From: the human T2T-CHM13v2.0 reference genome, Homo sapiens | DNA: 64,000 nucleotides | NCBI RefSeq assembly: GCF_009914755.1 | Contig: NC_060940.1 | Direction: 5' to 3' (one strand) | In this document: positions 37,101 through 58,091 of the stretch, piece by piece | Position numbering within the stretch: position 1 is the first letter of the stretch | Layout of the letters: each line of letters starts with the position of its first letter | Program-made: the position numbers and the translations under genes | Notes under the pieces: model-generated | Told to the model about the DNA's origin: nothing | The model's database searches: none | Seen by the model: the letters and a program-made list of their open reading frames with translations, nothing else

Positions 37101-39153
37101 GTTGAAAACAGTATTGGGTGGAATCACACACTTGCAATTTGCTCTGAAAAAGCTACACTTGTTTTGTTCTCAGCTGCACCTGGGGCCCTTCAGCCCCTGC
37201 AGGAGAAGAATGGGGCGAGTGATTGGTACGTGGCCTTCCCAGCCTGCAGAGCCGCCTGCTTTGGTTGTAATCATAGGCAAGCTCAGCCTGCTTTGGTTGT
37301 AGTCGTAGACAAGCTCAGGTTTCCGCCTCTGCACGTCCCGGTGGGCTCGCCTGGGACTCCCTTTGTCTGTTGTACAAGACTCCACTCTGGCCCCCCCTTT
37401 GGAAGAGACGATGTCTCCATCCTCAGGAAGTAGAGAAACACTCTCCGCCACCCTCCATCCTGACCCCCGTGCAGAGGATGAAGTGCTGTCCCAGAAGCCC
37501 CCTCTCAGGGGTGCCGTAAGTCTCAGAGAGAGGAGCACCCCGGGGCCTCCGTGGCAGAATCCTGTGAGTGTCTTTGGTTAAAATGTGCAGGAAGTGTTAA
37601 CTCCTAAGCTGCCAGCAGATGGTGTGCCGAGATACTGTGAAGTCACATGAACTTGATTCCTGTTGGAAAGAACCACTCTGCAATCCTTCGCGTCTACACT
37701 TCGTCAAGAACCGTCCAATTTGATTAAACATTCTGGATCGTCAGCGTTCACGGTGGAGCAGACTCCACGACTCGCTGCTCCCATGGGAGGTGTCTCTCTG
37801 GGGAAGGGGTCAGTGGTGGTGGAGGATGGCGCGGTGCTCCATTCGGAACCCACAGGTCGCCAGCTTACAGCGTGGGAGCTGTGGAAGGACACATGGAGCA
37901 GAGGCGGCTGAGGAGGTGAAAGGCTGAGAGGAGGCTGCAGTGAAACACCTGAGGAAGGCTGGGCAGAATGGATCGGGGGTGTGTATTGGCTGCAGTCACC
38001 TCCCCTCTGCTCGTCTGTGTCCACATTCTGTCGTGGTTGAGACCGGCTCCTGTGTGGACCGGGTGGGCTGGTGTGGAGTCCTGTCAGGAGACCTGGGGCG
38101 GTTTTGAGGCAAGCTCACGGAGGCCTGCCGCAGGGCCCTGCGCTGACAAACCTTTCGCTAGTGACCAGTTACCTTCTGTGTCTGAGAGAAGGCCGTTGTG
38201 GCCTGTAGTGATTTTCCTTTTCCCTTGAGATGAAAAGTCATCAAATATCTGGAAGCAAAGCTTAATCTTTCTGAAAGTAGAAACGCGTTTGGATGGAGCC
38301 GGGAGGGAGAACTGGGTGCGCGCTTGGCATTTCCTTGCCGGTGTGAATGCGCTTCCTGTAAATATGGCAGAACGCCTTCACCTTTCACCAGATGACGCGG
38401 GGGGAATTGGGCCACGGTCCCTGCTGTCATCATGGCATGCTGCAAGCTCTGTGGGCGCTGGTGGCCAGGATGCGGACAACCCCTGCCGCTACGTGTCCTC
38501 AAGTGAGCTCAGCTCTTGTGTCGGTGGGAGCTGGCGGTGGGTCCCTGAGCAGAGTGCTGCCGCTGCCAGTCTGCGTTTTGTGCCGAAATGCGTCCCTGAG
38601 ATTGAGAAAGTTCACACCCTAAGTGTTTTTATAAGGCTGGGTGCCCTGTTTCCCAGCCAACAGTTGTGACTGTCAGTGGGCAAACACAGTTTGCAATAAT
38701 TGGCCTGTTGTCTTACAATTTCTGGCTCTCCTCTTTGTGGTGTAGGTCATGTTAGGTGGTGGTCCTTGGTCGTTTGTGCCACGTTCCCTCATGTTCTTGA
38801 ACTCTGAGTCCCTAGAAACTGACATTGGTCTTATTTTGAGTGCATTATTTTTCAAACTTTGGGTCTGAACCCACATCAATTGAGTGGGCCATGGCCAGTG
38901 TTAAGAATACTGGATAAAATGGAGCATGCCTTGGATAAAAGGAGCATGGTTCGGAGTGGCTAACGGGTAGGTATCGACTCAGGAAACTTGCAGTGATGAG
39001 TGTATGAACTTACCATCGTAGGCCCCAGTCGAGAGCGTGGAAAGCACTCTTCTGTGATGTGTGTCTACTAGCGGGTGGTTATGCACAGCATTTGACTGAA
39101 TTTGGGTAACTCTGGATGTAGTGTATAAAGTACTTTTTAAAAGGCCATCCACT

Positions 39154-39320
39154 GGGCCAGGCATGGTGGCCCAAAGCTCCCAGCGCTTTGGGAAGCGGAA
39201 ACTGGGAGGATCACTCGAGCCCGGGAATTGGAGGCTGCAGGGCTGCAGTGAGCCATGATTGCACCACTGCACTCCAGCCTGGGCGGCAGAGTGAGACCCT
39301 GTCTCAAGAAAAAACAAGCA
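39154..39320 (+). mobile_element. Alu monomer (FRAM-like)
   Basis: GGCCAGGCATGGTGGC...GCACTCCAGCCTGGGC...poly-A. Confidence 0.8.
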
Positions 39321-39704
39321 AAAACTATTCCCGTTAAGCCGCTTGCTTAGGGGTGACTGTGATTGAACATGTGGCTTCTCATCCAAGTTGATTTTAATCT
39401 CTATGGAGATCAGACTAATAACCTCACAGTAGAAAATCCACCAGTGAGCTCAGCGGCACAAACTCACAGCCCAGCAGTGTTTGCAGAGGGGAAGGCCCAG
39501 AATGCGTGGAGGCTTCGGGATCCATCCTTTGCAGACATAGAGAATTCTCATGGGGGAGGGAGGACCTTGCGGCGCCTTGGCAGTGAGGGGAGCAACCTCA
39601 GCATGATGTTGGCACGTACACTGGGGACTGGGTGGTGACACCGTGCATGCCCACAGGGGTGGAGATCTTTGTGGAGTTCACTGATGGATCCCAGAGGCCC
39701 AGGA

Positions 39705-39998
39705 CGGGATGGCACGCTTTTCTGTGAGGGTCAGAGTGTAAGTGTTTCTGGCCTTGTGGGGCGTGGGATGTCTCGTGCCACTGTGAAGCCGCTCGACTCT
39801 GCTGTTGGGCTGAGAAGCAGGCACCTTGTTTGTGGACGCTGACATTTGAGTTTTATGTAATTTTCTCATCATGAAATATTGTTCTTTTGTTATTTTTCTG
39901 TTTTAAAATGTAAAACCCATTCCTGACTCACAGGCTGCATAGAAGCAGGTGGAGAGCTGGGCTGGGTTGTGGGCCCTCACGTGCCACCCCCTGACCTA
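39705..39998. mobile_element. MER58-like hAT MITE
   Basis: TTTTCTGTGAGGGTCAGAGTGTAAGTGTTT...CTCGACTCTGCTGTTG...GTTGTGGGCC...TGCCACCCCCTG. Confidence 0.6.
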
Positions 39999-41199
39999 GA
40001 GTGTGTTTGCCCTGGGAAGGAATAAGACGAGGTTGTGTAGAGAGGCAGTGGCTGGATGGGGAGAGGCCTGGGCCCTGCACAGAGGAGCTGAGGTGTGAGG
40101 CTGCTTGCGAGGGAGGCGGCTGACCAGGCTTGGTACTAGCAGGCTCTCCGGGGAGGAGGCCCCCTGGAGGAACAGCGCTGGCGTCAGCCACAGAAGGGCT
40201 TAGCGGCCATGGTCTTCCTGCTGCAGCCCGTGTGGTTTTGGGAGGGACACATGGAGCATTGGAGGACAAAGAGACGGCCAGATCGGAGTGTGTGTGGCAG
40301 AGGGGCGATGCCACCCTTCGGAGCGATGGGTGCCAGGGTACTCGGTGAGAGCCCAGGTCCCGGGTGAGGGGGTGGGCTGAGGGGGAGTCAGAGAGGGAGG
40401 AGCCTCGGGATGCGGAAGGGCGAGAGCAGGGCGATGAGGGTGGGGCCGCAGGGAGGTGGCCGGGACTCCTGGTAGTATTCTTGGGGAGAAAGATAACAGG
40501 GAAGTGAGGAGGGTTCAGCTGTGGAAGTGCTGGGATGGCTGATCCGAGTGACCATGGCCTAGACGGGGTTTAAACCCTGGACTGAAGAAAGTGCCGGTGA
40601 GAGGTCAAGGCAGGAGATGGAGACCTGGGGGTGACAGGTGTCCCCGGTACCTCCTACCCCCACCCTGGGAGACGGTCCCAAGGGGCACCTTCACTGGGGG
40701 CTGGCCCTCATGCACACCAGCCAAACCTCCTGCCCACCTTCTGGGGGCTTCTGGAGCAGAGCAGAGGCCCCGCGGACCGTGAGGATGGCCACAGGGAGGG
40801 GAGATGCGAAACACTGGCCGTGGCAGGTGCCCACGCAGTCAGGAGCTTGCTTGTGGGGCTCTTGTCTGACACCTGGGAGATGAATGTCAGTCTGATGGTG
40901 GATCTGGACCCAGATGGCTTGCTTGGGATTCAGCAGCTCTTGGGAAGAGCCACACTTGAGGATGGGCTTGGGTGAGGGTTTGGAACGTGCTTAAAGAGGT
41001 TGGCAGGCAAGGATTTGGTGGTAGCAGGTGGGGCACATCGTGTATTGGCAGGGTTTTGTTATTTTTATCCTAAAGACATACTTATTTGCAAACCTTCTAT
41101 TTTGGAACATTTTGAGATGTATACATATGTGGCAGAGATAGCATAGGGAGTGCCCTTGTGCCTGGTACCCAGTTTCTCCCGTTGCTAACAAGACGCATG

Positions 41200-43135
<1,936 letters not shown>

Positions 43136-44849
43136 AGAGCCTAGACGCTTCTTAAGATGTGTCCCTGGAAATTATGCATGCTCAGGTGAAATTATGCATG
43201 CTAATATATTCAGGTTTGGAATTTGACCACTTACTTACAAATTTGAATTTTTCCTTCCTTTCCCCCGCAAGCACACATTTGGGGGGCCATCTTAAAGAAA
43301 AAGCAGTGTTGCCTGAATGACCCCAAGAGTAAGTGGGAGCCGTCGGGAGAAGTGTTCTTGCTTCTTTCTGATTTCCCGCCTATCTAGCATCCGATCAGTC
43401 ATTTGTGGTTTTCTTTCCAGTTATTTCCCATCTCATTCTTGTACGTTCCACTTCCGACTGATTTCGGGCAAAAGAAGTAGGCTGAGACTTCTTCACATGT
43501 CTCAGTTTAATAAAAGTTGACTTCTTCATGTCAGTTCATCCTGCCTTTCTCATTATTTCTTCCTTTCTAGACTTACATCCCGAGAGGATTTGACTAAATG
43601 GAATGATTAATTTCTTAGCAGTTTCCTCGTTTCGGGAGATTTAGCTTTTTACCAGGTACCACTTAGTCTCATCTTTGAGTGGGAGTTCCTGTCCTAATTT
43701 TTATGGCTCTTTGGACTTGCCATTCCAGCTCGGGTGGCCTGGGAGTCTCCACACGGAAGCCATCTGAGGAGAAGGGCGCCAGGACGATCTGGGGATGGGC
43801 TTGGAGCTTGGTGGCCGTGGTCCCTTCTTGTCACTTTACTGTCTCAAGCGTCTTCTCTCCCTGGTCGCACGCGCTGTGAGCTTATTGTTCTGGGCGTTCC
43901 CCACCCTCAGTTCCCAAGTGCAGTGCAGGCCAGGCCCTGTGCTAACTTTTTACAGCAGGGAATATACTCAGTTCATATTTTTGCCATCTGTAAAGTGAGG
44001 TAGGCCCCTTCAAGACATGTAAGGAGTATCTATGGCTGTGGAATGCATCTTTTTAGACTGGCCGCTCTGCATGGATCTGATCACGGGTAGGTGCTGTGAT
44101 TCACACCACGTCAGAGCCCCGCTCTGGGAGGTGACACATCTGGGCTATATTGTTCCACTTCCTGTGGAAATGACTGCGTCCAAATCAGATGCAGCCTTAG
44201 GACTTTTCTTAAGGGTTGATGGAAGAAACAGCTCTATGAAGAATGTCTGCCCTAAAAATACTGACGGGAAAAAACCCGTTACGTTGTGACACCCCTAATG
44301 ATGCATGTGATGTGGCTTAGGTAGCGACAGAGAAGATCCTGGTGTTGAAGGAAGCTCTAGTGTTAAATACAGGAAGCCTGGCTTGACTTTTCTTGCTGCT
44401 GTTTTTCATGTGATGCTGATAATCTATAGCAGTTTGTTTTTTAACTTTGACTGTTAAAGCCAAGTTTTCTGCCCAGTTACAGTGGGTTTCCTTTTAGTCC
44501 TCTTTTAATGGCTTTGTGGTTTTGTTTTATGGGTGTCCAATATTTTTGAAATAGTAATAGCAAAATTAAATACCTTTGCAGCTGTCCGTTTCTCCTGATG
44601 ACCAGCTACCGTTAGCCTTTGCTGACAGTGGATGGGCACTGTTCATCAGATGTGTCAATCACCCTGATTCCACATTCATGAACTGAGTAGTTAGATTAGT
44701 AACTTAATTATAGCACAGTCCTTATTGAAATCAGGACATGGGCACAACACACTTTGAAAACCTTAATCCATGGTTTTTAAATAGCATTTCTGACATTCAT
44801 CATTGTGCATTGGGGAATGACGTCAGTGGTGTGTTCTCACTGGACTCAT

Positions 44850-45720
44850 CACAGACGTATTCACTGGATGCGGTGCGGGCCAGGCCCGGTGCCCTGCTGA
44901 GAACACAGCCATGCCAATTCCTGCCCTTGTGAAGCTCACCTTCTAGCAGGAGACACTAAGCAAGAGAAACCTTTCAGATGTGTAGTAAGTCAGACAGTAG
45001 AGCAGGAAAGGCTGCTGTGCACGTCACCATTGCCGAGGCGTCCAGGAGGCGTGCAGGGGTGGCCAGCTCCGTGGTAGGACCCCGAGCTGAGTGTATCCCT
45101 GAGAAGCATGGGGAGGCCCAAATGCAGGGGCCGAGTGGGCGTGGCGGGGAGGAGAGCCCCAGGGGCTGCAGAGGGCCCGTGAGATGGGAAGCCCTCGGAG
45201 GCTTAGAGCAGATGAGGGGCATAGCCTGGCATGTGTTTTTATGTGACGCCTTGAGCGCTCTTTATCGTGATCACAGCAGAGGTGCAGGTGACAGTGAGAA
45301 GGCCGTATGTGAGCCAGGTCTGAGGGGCGGCCTGGGTCCAGGTTGGGAGTGACAGGCTGGGAAGACGAGGCCGGATCAGGGTGAAGGAGAGGAGAACCCA
45401 GGAGGCCTGAGGTTTTGGCCTGAGCATCTGGGAAGTAGGTGTTGCCTTAAATTGAGGTGGAAAGTGTGGAAGAAGCAGGTTGGTTTGGGGTGGGTGCCAG
45501 GGGCTCAGTTTGGACATGTTAGAATTGAGACGACCCCTTAGGGGAGACACCTAGTAGGTGGTGTGGTGTGAGGCCTGGAGTTCATGTGCGAGGTCTGAGC
45601 TGGCAGGGTGATAGGCGCCATTGGCGTGGAGATGTATCTGAAGCCACAGACTGATGAGCCGCTGGGTCAGTGCTGACTGAGCAAAGGTTCCAGGGCCGTG
45701 CCCTGGGCATGCATCCTCAA
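44850..45720 (-). mobile_element. L2 relic
   Basis: CCTGCCCTTGTGAAGCTCACCTTCTAG...GGTTTTGGCCTGAGCATCTGG...CTCAGTTTGGACATGTTAG. Confidence 0.55.
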
Positions 45721-47849
45721 GTCAGGAAGTGGATGTGGGACCAGCAGAGAGACAGAGGAGTGGGGGCCAGGCAGGGAGGACAGCGTGGGGAGGAGCCGGA
45801 ATGAGCCCCGTCAGGCTCTGTGGTGGGGAGAATGGGGGCAGCATCTGGGCTGGAGCAGTTTTGGGGGAGTAACTGAGTGACAGCCCGATGGGTGGGATCT
45901 GGAGGGGATGTGAGCACTGAAAATGGAGACCGCAAGTACAGGCGGGGCTTCTGAGGAATTTTATCTGAAAGGGAACAGAGAAATGGGGCTGGGGCTGGAG
46001 GGGCAGGAGGGAGGGCAGCACCGTGGGGGAAGGGTGTGCAAGGGTGATGCTGAGGGACCAGGGAGGGGTGCTGACTGGGTGTGGGGCACATGCCCGAGGA
46101 GGCAGGAGTGGGCATTCTTGGGAAGTGAGAGGGAGGAGAGCAGGATCACCCACTAAGCCCGAGGCGCAGAGGGTCCAGGAGTAGGGGAGCGTTCGCATGG
46201 CTGGGCGGGGCTGGGCGGGGCTGGGCGGGGCTTGCAGCATCAGGCGCACCTGAGGTTGATTGGATGTGGATTCTCTCCCCATCCCTGCCCGAATGTGTGG
46301 GTCCCCATGCCTTGGTGGCTGAGAAGTGGATTTAAGGCCGGGTTAAAGATGGTTCTGTAAAGTTTATCAAGATTTGATGTAGTTGGCCTTGCCTGTAGAC
46401 ACATCACTTGGTTGTAGAAACAGTTTCACAGGTAATAAATAAGTAAGGCCTACGGAGTAAGGCCTATGGAAAGCTCAGCAGTCCAGGAGGGCGGAGTGGA
46501 CAGGAGAGTGGGGCTCGTGCAGTTGGAGCGTCCCTGCTCTGGGTAGCCTGAGGTTTGCTGTTTGTCATCCCCAACTGTCTTGGATGTGTTGGCACACCTG
46601 GACAGATGACCACACGTGGACACCATGTTTAGGAAGCAGAATTGGGATCATGTCATCCGCACCGCTGTGCAGCTTTCCATTTGTATGCCTTCCTTTTGCT
46701 ATCATATTCTGGAGATCTTTCCATTTTGGTTCATGTAATTAAATCAGTCTCATCCACGTGAATGACTTGGTGGTGTCTGGCAATCTGGATGGGCGTGGAT
46801 TCTTCACCACTCCTGTTCTGCTGTACATTCAGGGTGTTACTCTGGGCTGTAGGCCCTGCTTTCCCATATGCGCCCTGAGCCCTGCATCTCTTGGTGGACT
46901 TGGTAGGGTTCTGAATAGTCGTCAGAGTAAGAGGCTTGCTTGAGCATTAGTCTCAGTCCAGCTGTTTTATTGTATTAAGACTGGACTATCCCCAGGACTT
47001 CTGAGAAATGGCAAATTTAATTTGCCAAAATAGCAACCACAGGCATTGCTGTGTTCCAGTTTTCTTGGGCTTGTTGCCCTAGTTTTTTCTATTGAAATCT
47101 TTACTGTTAGCAGAATTTTAAATGACTCTTGATCCTGGCAACAGAGGCATTTTGAGTAAACAACTCGAATAATGTGTGGTGTCCTCATTTGGAAGAGGTT
47201 AGGATTCAGGATTTTATGGTGAGTTCAGAGCATTTTCTGAAGCCACTTGCAGAGCTTTTAGAAACTAGCAAAAAGCTTGAATTGGGCATTTAAAACTATT
47301 TCCACTGGCCCCTTAAGAGAGGCAGGAGTTTAACCTGGACTCTCTGGACCCAGGGCTGTTTGTGGAAGGGCCTCGGCATGTCCTTGGGTTTAGTCTGGCT
47401 GCACGTGGTGGGCTCCAGAATACCCTGTTTTGAACCAGGTAGTTGTTTATTTTCCTTTGCTTTGAGGAAGTCTGAGGCAGGCAGCCTGGGCCGGTGTGGC
47501 AGCTCCCTGGATGGGAGGGGCCTGGGCTCCTTCCTTCCAGGGCTTTGCTCCTTCGCGCCAGCTCCTTCTGCCTCCTTCCATGCCTGGCACCAGCGGGAGG
47601 AGGAGCACGGAAGAAGGGACAAGGCCAGAGGCCAGGGCCCCTGAAGGAGGTTTCCCAGGGGGCTGCTGTGGGACAGGCTGGGAAGGGAAGTCGGTGTCTG
47701 ATGCCCCGCACCCATAGCTGTCGTGGGCTCTTCCGTGAGCTCTGGGGAGAGCAGGTACTGGCACCGGCAGCTAGGACTCTCTGGGATTAGGGGAGCCTCA
47801 GAAACTTTGCAAAGTTTTGTCTGTCTGTACTTTTTCCTGGAAAAGGTTC

Positions 47850-49109
<1,260 letters not shown>

Positions 49110-49479
49110 TTAATAATCTTTGCTTCTGGTTCTTACTCTGGAAAAAAGAAGGCTGTATTGATGACATGTAGCTTTGATCTTCAAGCTGACTACTGACGAC
49201 TCTGAGCTGAAAGATCCTCTTCAGAGGACGCAGGTTTAGTGTCGCCACATAAGTTTCATGCTAGTTGCGCCTGACAGGGCCCCTCAGTCAGGCCATGTGG
49301 TTTCTGCTTCCCTGGAGCAGCTCCGAAGTCTGAGCAAGATCCCAGTGTTGATCCTAGCACCAGTGTTTGAAGAACATGAGCGTGCGTAGGTGGAGTTGGA
49401 ATGGACCCTCCCCCCACAGCTTAGATCTGCATATTTTCCTGTCCGATCATTTTTTAAAAGTATACTTCTTTTTCTTTTT

Positions 49480-53400
<3,921 letters not shown>

Positions 53401-54069
53401 TTCTTTTCAATGTATTTGGCCTAAAAGGGAGCTTTGGATAATGCGTTTTGAGAGGGCTTGGGGTCCAGAACACTCTGGCCTCTGGGTCAGCCCTGCAGGC
53501 CCCTGTGTGGTTCTCCTGGTGGATCCTGCAGGTGCTGCTCTCGGCCTGGCTCCTGCTTCCCTTTGCTTTCTCCATCCTATGCCCGTGTGCCATGCTGACC
53601 TTGTGGCTTCCAGTGTCCCCATCTGCTTGTGTTTGGGGTTCTTGAGGAATATGCTGTCACCTCGTTCTGTTGTCGGTGTTGACTTGGATTTTGGTTTTGC
53701 TATCCTTGGAGGTCTGTGTGTCTGTATGGGAGGATTTAGGGAGATTAAACATCTGTCTCATTCCGTCTTTCCCAGCTGGACTTTTTAGAGGTTCAGCGCT
53801 GGTGCCTCTGAGGCTTTGTGTCTCCCCCTCCAGTTATTTGTCATCAGCTCTTTTTTTTTTGTTAGGGACAGTTGATTGATGTTTCCTCAGTTCATCTAAT
53901 CTTGTGTAAAGTTATAATGTGGGAATAAAGACACCTTTGCTATTTTATTGATCGTATATTTGATCACACATTTATGAAAAATATTGCCTTTACTCTATAA
54001 AGGAAGATTTAAGACAGCACTTGGCTCCTTCTTCCACAAATTGTTATCCCCAAGAAATTCTAGAGCTGA

Positions 54070-54388
54070 GGCCGGGCGCGGTGGCTCACGCCTGTAATCC
54101 CAGCACCTTGGGAGGCCGAGGCAGGCGGATCACCTGAGGTCGGGAGTTCAAGACCAACCCGACCAACGTGGAGAAACCCCGTCTTACTAAAAATAGAAAA
54201 TTAGCTGGGTGTGGTGGCGCATGCCTGTAATCCCAGCTACTCAGGAAGCTGAGGCAGGAAAATTGCTTGAACCCAGGAGGTGGAGGTAAGCCGAGATTGC
54301 GCCATTGCATTCCAGCCTGGGCAACAGGAGCAAAACTCCATCACAAAAAAAAAAAAAAAAAAAGAAAGAAAAAAGAAAAAAGAAAAAA
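54070..54388 (+). mobile_element. AluS-like
   Basis: TSD AAATTCTAGAG. Confidence 0.92.
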
Positions 54389-55715
54389 ATTCTAGAGTTG
54401 CCATTTAAGCTGTAAAATTTAAATCTAGACAAAGGAGAGGAGGAACTGCATTATTTATTGGATTGAAGGACACGGGTGAGGCCTGCTTATGTAATTTCAT
54501 TCCTGTTGGGACTTATCCATGAATAGAAGTTGTGAATAGACTCAAGAGTTGAAACCATGTGACCTGAAAACCTTACTTTTCCTTCTGCGATGGGGGTTGT
54601 GGTTAGGGACAGTGAACGGACTCTTCCTGATGAAGGGCTGTGCTGTACAGAGCTGGGCACAGGGTTTCTGTCCTCAGGAAGTGTGTAGTGTAGTTCAGGG
54701 AAGACAGTTTACTTTATACCATTTATGTGTCAATAATTAAAATATAAAGTATAATCTGATAAAAACATGATGGTCACATTCATTCCTCATTTCTACGGCA
54801 TCCTATTTTGCAGTACTATATTTGGATCTGTGTGTCCATAGACCATAGTTTGAATGATGCAGCCTTATTTTTACTTTGGAAAATAAGTTCTCTTGAAGCC
54901 CAATCAGAGTGTCACAGGAGCTGGAGGAAAGCCCCTGACTGTGTTTCAGACACTGTGCGAGGCTCGGGGACAGCCCCGCCCTGGACAGCACAGTTGTGGA
55001 CAGGACAGATGGTTCCTCCTTGGTCATGGTGGCAGGATGCTGCTCGGGCTCAGGACAGAACCTGAGAGCAGAAAGAAAGCAGAACAGAGGTGCTGCCACT
55101 CCGCCGGGCCTGTGGGGTAGCAGAAACGGAGTATGGGTTGTAGTCTAGATGGATGCGTGCAGCTGGGAGAGACTTGGGAGGAGAGATGGCGTATCACCAC
55201 GGAGACCAGTGGTATGGGTGGGAAGGGATGCTTCTTTCTGGGGTGTGGTGAGTGTAGCAGGGCTGAGGCCCCTTGGGAGCAGGAAGCGACAGAGCGTTTG
55301 CTGTAGTCAGTCAGGCCCCACTGGAGACTTGGGCTGAGGGAGAGGACGTTTCCAAGCCAGTGTTGGGAAGGTGGCTTTGGAAGGGCATGAGGAACACAGT
55401 GGAAACGGAGAGGCCCCGGGTGGCTCGTCCAGTGGTTAAGGAAAGAGGCAGCGGGTGGCGTTTTCAACTATTTGTTAATTTTCAAAGAAACTAACCTTTT
55501 GGGGGTTTGAGGCAAGAAGAACCCTGCATGTAAAACTCCACAGACGTTCGCGGCCTCTTGCATACACGTGCTCGGCTCGTGGTTTTCATAATTTCACGTG
55601 TAGCGATGGTTAATGTCCTCTCCTCCTCCTTTGCTTCTGTTTGGTAGGTGACCAAAAGCCAGCCCCACTGTGAGTTGAACTCTTTCGTGTTGACCGGCCA
55701 CTCTCCGTGCTCTGG

Positions 55716-55785
55716 ATGATGTCGGAACACGACCTGGCCGATGTGGTTCAGATTGCAGTGGAAGACCTGAGCCCTGACCACCCAG
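55716..55785 (+). CDS. BANP: BANP/SMAR1 first coding exon (exon spans 55648-55785, 68 nt 5'UTR; alternative donor at 55803)
   Basis: Acceptor TTTGGTAG|G at 55647/55648. Encodes MMSEHDLADVVQIAVEDLSPDHP, the BANP N-terminus. Donor CAG|GTACAG, phase 1. Confidence 0.95.
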
Positions 55786-56078
55786 GTACAGAGCTGTGGG
55801 ACAGTAGGTGAAATATTATTCTCTTTATTCTTCAAAAACCAAAAGCTGCTCCAGTTATTTTCTTTCCTTTAAGCAGAAGAAAAAGTAATGCATGCTGCGT
55901 ATGAAAAGTTTGAATCCTAGAGATGTGAACACTGTCGGCCCCTCCCTTCCCTCGCCCCTGCAGCCTCAGCCCCACGTCCCTTCTGGAGGGGGCCCCTGTG
56001 ACACTTTGTCTCGAGGGCCATCCCTGCTCCCACTCCTTGGGGGTATGCGTGTGTTCTACACTCTCTCCCCTGCCGCGT

Positions 56079-56580
56079 CCCTGTGTGCGGCGTCGTGGAT
56101 CTTTACCATGTTGTATGTGTAATCCCCTGTGTGCGGCGTCATGGAACCTTACCATGTTGTGTGTGTAATCCCGTGTGCGGCGTCATGGAACCTTACCATG
56201 TTGTGTGTGTAATCCCCTGTGTGCGGCGTCCAGGATCCTTACCGTGTTGTGTGTGTAATCCCCTGTGTGTGGCGTCATGGAACCTTACCATGTGGTGTGT
56301 GTAATCCCCTGTGCGTGGCGTCATGGAACCTTCCCATGTTGTGTGTGTAATCCCCTGTGCGTGGTGTCATGGAACCTTACCATGTTGTGTGTGTAATCCC
56401 CTGTGTGCGGCGTCATGGAACCTTACCATGTTGTGTGTGTAATCCCCTGTGTGTGGCGTCATGGAACCTTACCATGTGGTGTGTGTAATCCCCTGTGTGT
56501 GGTGTCATGGAACCTTACCATGTGGTGTGTGTAATCCCCTGTGTGTGGTGTCATGGAACCTTACCATGTTGTGTGTGTAA
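56079..56580 (+). repeat. 46-bp minisatellite (VNTR), about 11 copies
   Basis: Unit CCCTGTGTGCGGCGTCATGGAACCTTACCATGTTGTGTGTGTAATC repeated head to tail with few variants. Confidence 0.95.
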
Positions 56581-57695
56581 GTCTGCTCTGTTAGCAGCTC
56601 TGCAGGATTCATTCACAGGTGCCCCCTCCACAGTTGACTCTTCTCTTTCAGAGGGCTCCTGGCATAGTCTGTCTGATTTTTCCTTTATACACAACCCTAT
56701 AGGGAAGATCCTTGCATATATATCTTGGGAAATAGATAAGTTCCTAGAAGTAGAATTGCTACATGTGTTTAAATTTTTTTAAGACGGTGACAGGTTTTCT
56801 AGAAATGTTTTACTAATTCTTCCACGGACAGTGCTTGAGAACAAGTTTTTTCTACACCTTTGCTAAGGCTGGTATCTTTTAAAAATGGTGTTAAAGGCAC
56901 ATGTCTACTTTGAAATCATAACTGTTTGTTTGTTTAAAGGAGACCCTTGAGAAATGAAACCCTAAATTTCAGGAACTTCATCTCTTCATCTGTGATAACA
57001 CTTTGTCCACACTTATTGTTTTAAAAAGTTTTTTTTTTTTTTTTTTTTTTTGGCCATAAAGTAGTATATGTTTTATTGTTCTGTTAAGTTTGAAGTGACC
57101 AGCCCACCACAGTTAAGTCACTGAGTGTTTCAGTTGCCTGGTTATTCTTTCAGGAATGTTTGAATTGAAATGCTCACAATTTATTCCCCCAGAAGAGAGA
57201 ATTTTCAGAAATCTCCTAAGAAAGTCTGATGTCCGTTCATATGATCTGTTTGCTTTGTTAGTCGAGAAAACTACCTTTGGAGACTAGTTGTAGCATGGAA
57301 GGGGAGGGCAGTAGAAATAGTTTTGGGGTGAGGTGAGCAGTCCCAGGGGAACACGAAGGCAGCATTTCAGGAGTGCTGCTGGTTAGTTTTCCACACCATC
57401 ATTGCATATTATTTTACAAATCCCTGTTTCTAGTTCAGAAGGCAAATGACAGTTTCTTTAGAAAACATAACACTGTAATCTTGTAAAATGAAAGTGTTCC
57501 AGTTACATCATTTTTGGTGATTTCAGAACCATTAAAGTTCTGACAGCCTACTTCCCCAATAAATCTCTCTTTGTAGACTGTGGTCCAAAGAAGGCTTAGA
57601 GAAATAATTTTGAATCTTGATTTTGTTCCAACTCTGTTCCTTAAATGCCTAAGAACTGCGATTTCTTGAGTATTTGTTAAAAGCCTACTGTGTCA

Positions 57696-58091
<396 letters not shown>

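Noticed and set aside
56079-56580. CRISPR-like array or Cys-rich repeat protein
   Set aside because: Units are contiguous with no unique spacers, there are no cas genes, and the context is a human intron. The 46-bp unit is not a multiple of 3, so the ORFs are artefacts.
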